Positions 47,767 to 57,538 are shown, counted from the stretch's first letter. The stretch: DNA of 64,000 bases from an uncultured Actinomycetota bacterium (GCA_963796315.1 CAWCLH010000020.1:689039-753038); one strand, 5' to 3'. Numbers and translations are program-made. Notes: generated by a model from the letters alone, not told the origin.

Positions 47767-48745
47767 CGCCCCCATCGTCCCCGAACGCCTCTCGCGCGTC
47801 CTTTCCCTGCTGGGCTACCTGCTGGACGAGCGTCGTGGAGACCGGGTCCCGCTGGCGGATATCCACCGTGACCTGGGATTGGACCGCCGCGGGGTCGAGG
47901 AGGACCTCGCCGTGCTCAACCTGGTCAATTTCGGCGGGGGCAACTACGTGATCTACGCGTGGCTCGAAGGCGACCAGGTGGAGATCGACCGCCAACTGAT
48001 GAGTGACCCACTGGCCCGGCCCGCCCGCCTCTCTCCGTTGACGGCACGCGCCCTGCTGCTGGCGCTGGACCTCGTCGGCGACACGTTCACCGGCGCGGGC
48101 CTGGTTCCGCTCGCCTCGGTCCGGGACAAGGTGGCCGACCTCGTCGCCGAGCTTCCCGCTCCCGGTACCGTCGACCTGGTCGACCTGGCCCCCGTCGACG
48201 CCGGGGTGGTACGCGCCCTGAACCTGGGCATCCGCGAGCGGCGGCTGGTCAGGCTGACCTACTACACCTCCTCGCGCGGGGAGCTGCGAGAGCGGATCGT
48301 CGAGCCCTACCTGCTCTTCCATTCGGGGACCGCGTGGTACCTCGAGGCCTTCTGCCGGACGGCCGGCGGCGAGCGGACGTTTCGCCTCGACCTGGTCCGA
48401 GAGGCCGTCCCGTCCGAGGAGACCTTCAGCCCCCGGCCCGAGCTCGAAGCCAGACGGAGACCGGAGGAATCGCTCTTGCCCGCCTCCGGAGCCGCGGTCG
48501 CGACCGTCCGGTTCCCCGCCGGCCACCGGATCCGTCTGGAGGAGCAGGGCCTCTCCGTCGAAACGGGGAAGGACGGCGACGTGCGGGCCCGAATCCCCTA
48601 TCTAGACGAGCGATGGTTGGTGCGCGAGGTCCTGCGCTACGCGGGGGAGGCCGTGATCGAGGAGCCTGCGGAAGCGAGGGCGTCGCTGGTGCGTTCCGCG
48701 CGCTCGCTGAAGGAACGCTACCGGCGCCTGCCGACGACCGAGTGA
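47759..48745 (+). CDS. pafC: wHTH-WYL-WCX transcriptional regulator, PafC-like
   Basis: ERLSRVLSLLGYL..VEEDLAVL, RPARLSPLTARALLLAL, YYTSSRGELRERIVEP..WYLEAFC..RTFRLD; 8-nt overlap with pafB. Confidence 0.85.
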   Translation: MPDAPIVPERLSRVLSLLGYLLDERRGDRVPLADIHRDLGLDRRGVEEDLAVLNLVNFGGGNYVIYAWLEGDQVEIDRQLMSDPLARPARLSPLTARALLLALDLVGDTFTGAGLVPLASVRDKVADLVAELPAPGTVDLVDLAPVDAGVVRALNLGIRERRLVRLTYYTSSRGELRERIVEPYLLFHSGTAWYLEAFCRTAGGERTFRLDLVREAVPSEETFSPRPELEARRRPEESLLPASGAAVATVRFPAGHRIRLEEQGLSVETGKDGDVRARIPYLDERWLVREVLRYAGEAVIEEPAEARASLVRSARSLKERYRRLPTTE

Positions 48746-48755
48746 GGAGGGACCC

Positions 48756-49097
48756 GTGAGATTGCTGCTCCGCTGGGTGATCGATGCCGTCGCCGTGATC
48801 GCGGTGCTGTACCTGCTTCCCCACATCGTGCTCGACTCCCTGGTAGTCGCACTGGTGATCGCCCTCGTCCTGGGATTGGCCAATGCCGCGGCGCGCCCGG
48901 TCTTCGTGGTGCTGTCCCTCCCACTGAACCCGGCCACTTTGGGGATCTTCGTGCTCGTGATCAACGCCGCGCTGCTCGAGCTCTTCCAGCTGGTGTTCGG
49001 AAGCTTCGACCTGGGCGGGATCCTCTGGCTCGCGATCGCCACCGTCGTCATCGCGATCCTCACCACGGTGATCAACGTCCTGGTGAGTGACGAGTAG
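48756..49097 (+). CDS. 4-TMS phage-holin family (YvlD-like) membrane protein
   Basis: MRLLLRWVIDAVAV..ALVLGLANAAARP..LSLPLNPATLGIFVLVINA; GAGGAGG RBS. Confidence 0.88.
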   Translation: MRLLLRWVIDAVAVIAVLYLLPHIVLDSLVVALVIALVLGLANAAARPVFVVLSLPLNPATLGIFVLVINAALLELFQLVFGSFDLGGILWLAIATVVIAILTTVINVLVSDE

Positions 49098-49119
49098 CCT
49101 CTCGACAGAGGGCGAAGCG

Positions 49120-49413
49120 CTACCCGACGTCCGGCTCTTCCTCGCCGACGTTCCACATCCGGTCCAGGTCGTGCTTCGAGTAGCAGCGGAAGGCCATCAG
49201 CGTCTCGGTGCCGATGATGCCCTCCACCTGGGCCAGCCGTTCGGTGACGACCTCGGCCAGATCCTCGTAGGCCGCCACCCGGATCACGGCGACGAAATCG
49301 AACTCTCCGGCCACCGAGTAGACCTCGGCGACGCCCTCCACATCGGCCAAGCTCTCGGCGATGGTGGCCAACTCCTGCCGTTCGGCATTGATCAGGACGA
49401 ATCCGGTGATCAT
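49120..49413 (-). CDS. stand-alone Lrp/AsnC ligand-binding domain protein (no HTH)
   Basis: MITGFVLINAE..IAESLADVEGVAEVYSVAGEFDFVAVIRV..EGIIGTETLMAF. Confidence 0.9.
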   Translation of the reverse strand: MITGFVLINAERQELATIAESLADVEGVAEVYSVAGEFDFVAVIRVAAYEDLAEVVTERLAQVEGIIGTETLMAFRCYSKHDLDRMWNVGEEEPDVG

Positions 49414-49976
49414 GAGGCCTCCCTCGTCGCGTGTCTCCATCGATAGGCTCCCACGCACCGTTCGTCTCCGCGGGTGCGTTTGGACTCGTAGTGCAGCTCC
49501 ACCGCGGGATTCAGGCCGGCGACCATGCCCACCTCCCACCGGGAGAAGGCGCCGCAGGGCTGGCGGCCCCACCAGGGTTGGCTGGACCACGGACACCCCG
49601 GCGTGACCACCCGGGCCTCCTCGGGGCCGTCCGCCTCCACTCGGGCGTCGATGCGGTAGAGACGGTTCGCCAGCGCCACGGCCCGGGCGCACTCCCGGGG
49701 ATCACGCCCGTAGCCCAGCTGCTCGCGAAGCGCCCGCCCCTGCTCCTCGCCGATGCCCTGCAGCACGGCACCGGACGACCCCTCTCCTCCCCCGGTCATC
49801 CGAGCGACCACCAGCCCCAGCCCGTAACTGGCGGTGGCCCAGCGCAGCCGCAGCAGGACCAGTCGGGGATAGCGGAGGGCGACCAGGCCGAGGATGCGCG
49901 GGACGCGGGGGACGCCGGGGACATCCAAGGGTCGAAGCAGCCGGAGCCGGTCACGGAACGCACGCAGGACGATCAC
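49410..49976 (-). CDS. hypothetical protein with V4R/ATC-hydrolase-like Cys motif
   Basis: GEEQGRAL..VTPGCPW..C..E.GMVAGLNP..TRGDERC; GGAGG RBS and TGtTAGAAT promoter at 49995-50003. Confidence 0.7.
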   Translation of the reverse strand: MIVLRAFRDRLRLLRPLDVPGVPRVPRILGLVALRYPRLVLLRLRWATASYGLGLVVARMTGGGEGSSGAVLQGIGEEQGRALREQLGYGRDPRECARAVALANRLYRIDARVEADGPEEARVVTPGCPWSSQPWWGRQPCGAFSRWEVGMVAGLNPAVELHYESKRTRGDERCVGAYRWRHATREAS

Positions 49977-50052
49977 CTCCCGAGGGTCAGCCGGATTCTA
50001 ACAGAGGCACCGGCGGCGCCCGTCGGGGGAGCCGCAACGCGTCCTTCGAGAC

Positions 50053-50090
50053 GTCGGCCGCCGCCCGCGCGTTGGCGGGCGGCGGCCGAC
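50053..50090. terminator. strong GC hairpin downstream of the PilT-like gene
   Basis: Perfect 16-bp stem GTCGGCCGCCGCCCGC/GCGGGCGGCGGCCGAC with a 6-nt loop. Confidence 0.7.
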
Positions 50091-50116
50091 CGACCGGACT
50101 CCCTCGAAAGTCGGGC

Positions 50117-51206
50117 TCAGTCCACCAGGGCGACGTCGTGGCCGCGCGCCTGCACCAGGAGCTTGAAGTCGTGCGGGCTGGTGGCCACCTGCACCGCGTC
50201 CTGGAGGGTGACCAAGCCCTGCTCGTAGAGGTCGAGCAGGCTCTGGTCGAAGGTCTGCATGCCGTAGTACTCGCCCTCGCGGATGGCGATCTCGATGTTG
50301 TGGGTCTGGGCGGGGTCCAGGACGAAGTCTCGGATGCGCCCCGTCGCCACCATGACCTCGACGGCGGGCACCCGTCCGACTCCGTCCGCGCGCGTGAGCA
50401 GTCGCTGGGAGATGATCCCCCGCAGGGAGCCGGCCAGCATGATGCGGACCTGCTTCTGCTGGTAGGGGGGGAAGAAGTCGATGATGCGGTTGACCGTCTC
50501 GGTGGCGTCGATGGTGTGGAGCGTGCTGAGCACGAAGTGCCCGGTCTGGGCGGCGGTCAGGGCGGTGCGCACCGTCTCCAGGTCCCGCATCTCGCCGATG
50601 AGGATGTCGTCCGGGTCCTGACGCAGCACGTACTTGAGCGCGGAGCTGTACGACTCGGTGTCCAGGCCGACCTCGCGCTGGTTGATGATGGACTTCTTGT
50701 CCCGATGCAGGATCTCGATCGGGATCCTCCACCGTCACGATGTGCCGGCGCAGGTTGCTGTTGATGTGGTCGATCATGGCCGCGAGCGTGGTGGTCTTGC
50801 CCGAGCCGGTCGTCCCGGTGACCAGCACCAGGCCCCGCGGCTCCAGGGCGAGCTTCTTGACCACCGCCGGCAGCAGCAGCTCCTCGAAGCTGGGGATGCG
50901 GGTGGCCACCTGCCGGATGGCGATGGAGATGCTGCCCCGCTGGCGGTACACGTTCACCCGGAACCGGCCCACCTCGGGACCGCTGTACGCGAAGTCGATC
51001 TCGTTGGTCTCGCTGAAGTGGCGGATCTGCTTGTCGCTCATGAGCGCGGCGGCGTAGTCCTTGGAGTGCTCGGGCAGGCAGACCTCTTCGTCGGCCAGTT
51101 GCAGCTCGCCGTCCACCCGGAAGACCGGGGGGCTGCCGGACTTGATGTGCAGGTCCGACGCTCCCAGCTTCACCATGCTCTGCAGCAGCTGATCGATGGT
51201 TCTCAT
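50117..51206 (-). CDS. PilT/PilU family type IV pilus ATPase, one-base insertion near 50722
   Basis: GASDLHIKSGSPP, GRFRVNVYRQRG, GTTGSGKTTTLAAMID, EDP-IE, LRQDPD.ILIGEMRD, TGH.VLSTLHT, GMQTFDQSL. Confidence 0.93.
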
Positions 51207-51352
51207 AGCACCTCCCGACAGATGAAACGCGCGCTCACGATCGAAGTTCCGCGTCCGCGCGCGGAGGACGTCTAGGTCCCTCATCGGAGAAGGGGGAGAC
51301 AGACTTGAGAGCGTGTGGGCAGAGCGTGTGCGCAGGGGAACGCTGCCGGCAG

Positions 51353-52399
51353 CTAGTTCGGCGGGAACACTCCCTGCCAGTCGTCCCGGATCGCAGCGAT
51401 GGTGAGGTGGACGGCCTCCTGCTCGACGGGACTGACCAGGGGCGAGAAGTCGGGAAGCTGTTCCTGCAGGCCCCGGATGGTGGCGACGATCGAACGGGCC
51501 ATCATCCCCGGGTCGTATCCCCCCTCCAGAAAGCAGACGGGACCGGCCGCGCCCAACTGGTCGGCCAGCCGGCTCAGCCGCGCGGCCATCCATTGGAACG
51601 CGGTCGTGCTCAATCGGAGGTCGCCCAGCGGGTCGCCTTCCTGAGAGTCGTAGCCGGCGGACACCAGGATGAGCTGCGGACCGAACGCCCGAGCAAGAGG
51701 TTCGAGCAGGTCGCGGAAGAGCGCCAGGGCCGCGCCGTCGCCAGAACCGGCGGGCACCGGTACGTTGGCGGTGTGCCCCGCCGCCTCGCGCGCGCCCGTC
51801 TCGCCGGCGCCACCCGTACCCGGGTAGTGGTTGGCCTCATGCAGGCTGACGAAGACGACCCGCGGGTCGGAATAGAACGCCGCCTGCGTCCCGTTGCCGT
51901 GGTGGACGTCCCAGTCGACGATCAGCACCCGCTCCAGCCCCAGCTCCTCCAGAGCGTAGGTGGCCGCCACGGCGATGTTGTTGAAGAGACAGAAGCCCAT
52001 GCCCCGGTGGAACACGGCGTGATGGCCCGGAGGGCGGACGAGAAGGAACGCGCGCTGTCCCCGCTCCACGGCCGCCCGAGTGGCCTGCAGACCGGCACCG
52101 GCCGCCAGCAGGGCCGCTTCGCACGAGAAGGGAGAGACCACGGTGTCCCAGTCGAGGCGACCGCCGCCTCCGGCGGACAGGTCGCTGACGTGCTGCACGT
52201 AATCGGTCGAATGGACGCGGGCGATCGCCTCAGGCGCCGCAGGCGAGGGGGTCACCCACTCCACGTCCAGGCCGCTCTGGTTCAGCGCGTCGCGGACGAC
52301 GGTCAGCCGATCGGGACACTCCGGGTGGTTGCCCGTCTCGTGGTCGAGAAACCGCGGGTGGAAGTACACGGCCGTCGGCGCCACCAGGCGGGCGGTCAT
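51353..52399 (-). CDS. histone deacetylase family protein
   Basis: HPECPDRL, RPPGHHA, GFCLFNN, VDWDVHHGNGTQ, YPGTG, SAGYD, LEGGY. Confidence 0.95.
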   Translation of the reverse strand: MTARLVAPTAVYFHPRFLDHETGNHPECPDRLTVVRDALNQSGLDVEWVTPSPAAPEAIARVHSTDYVQHVSDLSAGGGGRLDWDTVVSPFSCEAALLAAGAGLQATRAAVERGQRAFLLVRPPGHHAVFHRGMGFCLFNNIAVAATYALEELGLERVLIVDWDVHHGNGTQAAFYSDPRVVFVSLHEANHYPGTGGAGETGAREAAGHTANVPVPAGSGDGAALALFRDLLEPLARAFGPQLILVSAGYDSQEGDPLGDLRLSTTAFQWMAARLSRLADQLGAAGPVCFLEGGYDPGMMARSIVATIRGLQEQLPDFSPLVSPVEQEAVHLTIAAIRDDWQGVFPPN

Positions 52400-53567
52400 C
52401 TAGCGTATCCGGGTCGCCCCGGTGTAATCGCTCCGGTCGATCCCTCTGATCCTGACGCTGGAGCCGGTGTACGGCGCCTCGATCATGTCGCCTCCGCCCA
52501 CGTAGATGCCCACGTGGTGGATCGGGCTTCCGAAGAAGACCAGGTCCCCCGGTGACAGCTGGCTGCGCGAGACGTGCGTGCCCGAGTTGTACTGAGCCCC
52601 CGAGGAGTGCGGCAGGCTGATCCCCAGCCGGCCATACACGTACATGACGAAGCCGGAGCAATCGAAGCCGCTGGGGGAGGCTCCGCCCCACCGGTACGGC
52701 ACGCCCAGGTACTGCATGGCGATGTCCACCGCAGCGTTGCCCGAACGGGACGGGGCCACGCTCCGGGACGGCGAGGAACTGCGCGTCGGCGAGGCGCTGC
52801 GGGCCGCGGAGCCCCCTCCCGAGGATGAGGAGGACTGGCCGACCCGAGCCACCGCGTTCCTGGCGGCCTGCGCGCGCGCGGCACTGGCCTCGGCCCGAGC
52901 CTGGGCCCGGGCGGCGGCGAGCGGCTCGACGGGCCTGCTCCACCAACCTAGCCTGGCGCTCGCGCTCCTGACGCTCGAGCTCCGCCACCTGGCGCTCCTT
53001 GCCCCGCAACGCTTCCTTGCGCTGGTCCAGCTTACGGAACACCTGCGCCTTGGCGCTTGCGGCCTGGGCGACCAGCTGCTGCTGGCGCTTGCGGTCCTTC
53101 GCCAGCTGCGTCTTCTGAGCGGCGACCTGGGCGCGGTAGCCCGACACCTGCTTGAGGACCTCGCTGTCCTGCGTGCCGATCTTGCCCATCAGGTCCAGAC
53201 GGTTGACGAACTCGGAGAGGGACTTCGAGCCGAAGAGGGCTTCCAGGTACGACGCGCGGCCGTTACGGTAGATGCCGCGCACTCGTTCGTCCAGACGCTT
53301 GCTGGCGACCTTGAGGTCCTTCTGCGCGCGTTCCAGGCGGGCCTGGTTCTGGGCGACCGCCTTGTCGGTCTTCTGGAGCTGGTAGCGGGCGTCGTTGTAC
53401 TGCTCGACCGACACCTCGAGGTCGTTGTTCAACCCGTCTATCTGCGCTCGCAACTGCTCCGCTTCCTGCTTGGCCTGGGCGACAGCCGCGGGGCTGGCGA
53501 CGGCCACGGAAGAGAAGGTCAGAAGGAGGAGGAAAGTGAGGAGAAGGGGGGAAAGGATGCGGAACAA
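52400..53567 (-). CDS. secreted coiled-coil (PcsB-like) NlpC/P60 peptidoglycan endopeptidase, frameshift near 52920
   Basis: Signal peptide, long coiled coil, Ser-rich linker; YLGVPYRWGG..GFDCSGF..PGDLVFF..HHVGIY. Confidence 0.92.
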
Positions 53568-53712
53568 CGTTCTTTGGGCCGAGTCGCTGATCGTGGCCTC
53601 CCATGGTAGTTGCCAGGTCTCTGCCCGCTCAGCGGCGCGCGGCCGGACTCTACCACGGCCACTACTGCGACTTCAAGCAAGAGGCATGCAGCCGAACTCC
53701 CCCGCGCGTCGT

Positions 53713-54780
53713 TCAGCGACGCTGGAGATACGAGTCCAGACCGTGCACGATGGCCTGCGCCTCGGTGGCGATCACGTCCGGCCGGAGCAGCGAGGGTCCC
53801 TCCTCGGGGTGGGTGACGAAGCCGGGCTCCACCATCACGGAGAGGGCGTCGACCTCCCGCAGACACGCGAAATTCCGGCCGTGCGTGCGCAGGTCGTCCC
53901 GGCCGAGGTCTTCCACCAGCGCCTTGACCACGTAGCCCGCCAATCGTTTGCCGGACTCGGCGAAGTAGCTGCCGTTGGCGAAGTAGTAGGTGGCGGCGCC
54001 GCGGGCTCGGCGGCTGCCGGTGTGGTTGTGGTGCACGCACAGGTGGACGTCTCCGGCCCAGGCGTTGGCCGCGTCGGTCCGCTCGTACAGGTCGACGGCC
54101 CGGTCGGAATCGCGCAGCAACAGGACCGTGGCCCCCGCGCTCTCCAGCCGGGACGCCAACTCTCGCGCAAGGGCCAGGTTGACGTGCTTCTCGAGGAGCC
54201 CGCCCGGGCCCACGCCACCCGTCTCCCAGCCGCCGTGGGCCGGGTCGATCGAGACCCGCAACCCCTCCAGGGTAGCCCGACCCACGTAGCCGTCCATGCG
54301 ATCGGGGATCTTGCGCGCCTGCGCGCCCATCTCCGCCTTGCGGATGCGCTGAAGGTGCGACAGGGTGGCCTCTCCCATGATGGCGTCCACGTTGACGCCG
54401 GCGTTCCGCTGGAACTCGATCAGCCCGTTCTCGGTCAGCGGGCCGAAGATACCGTCCTCCGGTCCGCAGTCGAACCCCAGCTCGTTCATGCGCCGCTGCA
54501 GAGCCAGCACGTCGTCCCCGCGCATGAAGGGCATCCGGAGGTAGAGCAGCCGGTCCCCCATGGCATAGCCGGCCTCCACCAGCTCTCGCCACGTGTTGTC
54601 GCCGACGATACCGTCCGCCATCAGCAACCGCCGCTGCTGGAACTCACGAGTGGCCCGTTCGGTGTTCGGGCCGACGTGGCCGTCGGCACCCTCCCGGCCG
54701 AGGAAGAAGCCCAGTGCGCGGAGGCGGGTCTGGATATCGACCACCTCCTTGCCCCTATCGCCTCGCGAGACCGGTCGCAT
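53713..54780 (-). CDS. N-acetylmuramoyl-L-alanine amidase with two PG-binding domains (CwlM-like architecture)
   Basis: Two repeats of GD..V..Q.RL..LGF..DG.FGP.T..FQ; Amidase_3 residues IDPAHGG, LEK, VHHN, VEPGF. Confidence 0.9.
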   Translation of the reverse strand: MRPVSRGDRGKEVVDIQTRLRALGFFLGREGADGHVGPNTERATREFQQRRLLMADGIVGDNTWRELVEAGYAMGDRLLYLRMPFMRGDDVLALQRRMNELGFDCGPEDGIFGPLTENGLIEFQRNAGVNVDAIMGEATLSHLQRIRKAEMGAQARKIPDRMDGYVGRATLEGLRVSIDPAHGGWETGGVGPGGLLEKHVNLALARELASRLESAGATVLLLRDSDRAVDLYERTDAANAWAGDVHLCVHHNHTGSRRARGAATYYFANGSYFAESGKRLAGYVVKALVEDLGRDDLRTHGRNFACLREVDALSVMVEPGFVTHPEEGPSLLRPDVIATEAQAIVHGLDSYLQRR

Positions 54781-54850
54781 CCGACGTTCACACTCCTCCG
54801 GGCCGCCATCCCGAGTCGGGCCATCCCCGCGGACACGATACTATAACCGC

Positions 54851-56101
54851 GTGACCCGACTGGAACGGACACGCGCACGCAAGGAGCGGCAGGCCCGTCG
54901 GGTCCTCTTCTCGCTCTGCGTGCTGCTCCTGGCCGCCTCCATCGTGATCGGCTTCACCTTCGCCAACGAGGCGGTCGATACCCTCGCGGGCGGCGGAAGC
55001 GCAGGGATCGTCCGGGGCGGAGCGCGTCGCCGGCGGGCGGTCCCTTCCGAGCGCCCCGACCACCATCGCGCCTGGGGGAGCAGGGCTCGTCGGACCCCTC
55101 CGACCCGCGGCCACCCTCGGTCACACGGCGCGCCTTCAGCCTGGCCGCGGGCGGGGACGTCATCGGCGATCGGAAGGTGGGCCAGTTCATCGACGCCCGC
55201 GGCGGCGCGGCCGTGTTCGCGTCGGTGGCTTCCTTCCTCGGGGACGCGGACCTGGCCTTCGTCAACCTGGAGTCCCCCCTGTCGGACAAGGGGACGCGGG
55301 ACACCGAGAAGGACGTCACCCTGCGCGGCCGTCCGGCGCTGGTGACGGGCCTCCGCTCCGCCGGCATCGACGTGGTCAGCTTGGCCAACAACCACCAGCG
55401 CGATTGGGGCGCCGAAGCCCTGCTCGACACCATCGCCCGCCTCGACCGGGCCGGGGTGGCGTCGGCGGGCGCCGGCAAGGATCTGGCCGCCGCCCGCGAG
55501 CCCGCCCTGCTGGAATCCCCCGGCGGCAGCGTGGCCTTCCTCGCGTTCAGCGTCATCCAACCGGCCGGTGGGCTGGCCGGGACGGACAGGGCCGGCATCA
55601 ACCCCGGACGAGAGGATCTCACCCGCCTCCTGGCCGACGTCCGCGCGGCCAAGAGGCGGGCCGGCTGGGTGGTGGTCAGCTTCCACTGGGGCATGGAGTA
55701 CGACGCCCACGCGAACGCCGACCAGCGGCGACTGGCCCACCAGGTGATCGACGCGGGCGCCGACGTGATCCTGGGCCACCACCCCCACGTGCTCCAGGGT
55801 CTGGAGCTCTACCACGGAGGTCTCATCGCCTACAGCCTGGGCGACTTCGTCTTCGACCACCGCTCCCGCGAGACCGGCGAGACGGTGATCCTGCGCCTGG
55901 GCTTGAAACCGGACGGTCCGCCGACCGTGGAGCTGGTCCCGGTCTATCTCAGCGACAGCCATGGGATACCGGCGGTCGTCAAAGGCAGCGAGGCGGCGGC
56001 CATCCTCAAGCGGATGCGCGCGCTCAGCCTCGAGCTCGGGACCACCGTGCGGCTGAGCGGCGACCGCGCCTTCGTCGGGGCGGCGGTCCCCGAGCAGCTA
56101 G
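54851..56101 (+). CDS. CapA/PgsA family metallophosphatase, frameshift near 55020-55130; stop inferred at 56099-56101
   Basis: N-terminal TM; AAGGDV, FVNLESPL, VSLANNH, SFHWGME, ILGHHPHVLQG, YSLGDFVFD. Confidence 0.85.
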
Positions 56102-57498
56102 GCTTCGGGGACGCCCGGCTCAGTCAACGGCGCCGGGTCCAGCAGACGGTCCAAGGCCTCGCCGTCCAGGACGCCCTCGGCCAGAGCCGCCTCGCGCACG
56201 GTCAGGTCCTCCGCCACCGCCCGTTTGGCGACCTCGGCGGCGCGCGCGTAGCCGATGACCGGCGCCAGCGCCGTCGCCAGCGCCGTGTTGCGGGCGAGCA
56301 GGTCGGCCAAGCGCCGTTCGTTGGCCCGGATACCGCGCACGCAACGGTCCGCGAACAGGACGACCCCGTTGGTCAGGATGGTCAGCGAGGTGGGCAGACG
56401 GTCCGCCATGACCGGCGCGAACACGTTGAGATCCAGCTGGCCGTGCATGCCCGCCAGCGCGACGGTCAAGTCGCCGCCGATCACGGCGAAGGCCACCATG
56501 TCGAGCATCTCCGCCATGGAGGGGTTGACCTTCCCCGGCATGATCGACGATCCCGGCTGCACCGGGGGAAGGACCAGGTCACCCAGCCCCGCCCGCGGGC
56601 CGGAGCTCAGGAGGCGGAGGTCGTCGGCGATCTTCGCCAGGTCGACCGCGAGCGCGCGCAACGCGCCCGAGAAGCGGACGAAGTCGTCGTAGCTCTGGGT
56701 GACCTGGACGTAGCTGTCCGGCGGCCGCAGCGCCCACCCCGTGGCCTCGCGCAGCACGACCAGGACGGCCGCCCGGTACTCGGGGCGGGCGTTGGTGCCC
56801 GTCCCCAGGGCGGTGGCCCCGAGATTCAGGCCCAGCAGGCCGTCCGCGGCCTGCGTTAGCGCCTGTCGCGCCTTGACCACCGTCACCCGGTAGGCCCCGA
56901 ACTCCTGGCCCAACCGGATGGGCACCGCATCCTGGAGATGGGTGCGCCCGGTCTTGACGATCCCGTCGAACTCCTGCTCCTTCTCTGCGAAAGCGGCTTC
57001 CAGCCCGGCGAGGGCGAGGTCCAGCCGATCGCGACCGCGCAGGACGGCCAGCCGCACCATGGCCGGGACGGCGTCGTTGGAGGACTGGGCCATGTTGACG
57101 TGGTCGTTGGGGTGGACCGGCACATACTCCCCGCGCCGCCCGCCCAGGAGCTCGTTCGCCCGGTTGGCCAGGACCTCGTTCGCGTTCATGTTGTGAGAGG
57201 TGCCGGCCCCCGCCTGGAGACGGTCCACCACGAACTGATCGGTCCAGCGGCCCTCCTCCAAGATCTCGTCGGCAGCGGCGGCGATGGCGCACCCCCGCGC
57301 CTCGTCCAGCTGACCGGTGCGCACGTTGGCCAGCGCGGCCGCCTTCTTCACCAGGATGGTCGCCCAGAGGAAATCGGGGTGCGGCCCCTGGCCGCTGACC
57401 GGGAAGTTCTCCACCGCCCGCTGAGTCTGGATGCCGTACAGGGCCTCCGCCGACACCGGCAGCTCGCCCAGGCTGTCCCGCTCGATGCGCGTCTCCAT
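56098..57498 (-). CDS. aspA: aspartate ammonia-lyase (fumarase/aspartase family)
   Basis: YGIQTQRAVENF, AGAGTSHNMNANEV (aspartase-type), HPNDHVN, GRTHLQDA, GSSIMPGKVNP. Confidence 0.82.
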   Translation of the reverse strand: METRIERDSLGELPVSAEALYGIQTQRAVENFPVSGQGPHPDFLWATILVKKAAALANVRTGQLDEARGCAIAAAADEILEEGRWTDQFVVDRLQAGAGTSHNMNANEVLANRANELLGGRRGEYVPVHPNDHVNMAQSSNDAVPAMVRLAVLRGRDRLDLALAGLEAAFAEKEQEFDGIVKTGRTHLQDAVPIRLGQEFGAYRVTVVKARQALTQAADGLLGLNLGATALGTGTNARPEYRAAVLVVLREATGWALRPPDSYVQVTQSYDDFVRFSGALRALAVDLAKIADDLRLLSSGPRAGLGDLVLPPVQPGSSIMPGKVNPSMAEMLDMVAFAVIGGDLTVALAGMHGQLDLNVFAPVMADRLPTSLTILTNGVVLFADRCVRGIRANERRLADLLARNTALATALAPVIGYARAAEVAKRAVAEDLTVREAALAEGVLDGEALDRLLDPAPLTEPGVPEA

Positions 57499-57538
57499 GC
57501 TCGCCTCCTCCCCCGGGGGCCCGGGTCCGTCGCTCGTC

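Noticed and set aside
46738-48745. WYL genes as regulators of a CRISPR or anti-phage island; PD-(D/E)XK Fe-S domains as Cas4
   Set aside because: There is no repeat-spacer array and no cas or defence genes. The architecture and promoter motif fit PafBC, and the nucleases are C-terminal domains of AddAB-type proteins.
48756-49097. Prophage suggested by a phage-holin family gene
   Set aside because: This 4-TMS family is commonly chromosomal. No integrase, terminase, structural or lysin genes and no composition shift are present.
53568-53712. c-di-AMP (ydaO) riboswitch before the NlpC/P60 gene
   Set aside because: A TTGAAG..TGgTAGAGT promoter leaves too short a leader, and I could not find the conserved ydaO motifs by eye. 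An Rfam scan would settle it.
56102-56859. C-terminal extension of the CapA ORF
   Set aside because: It is antisense to aspA with shadow-ORF composition. A single indel gives TAG at 56099-56101.
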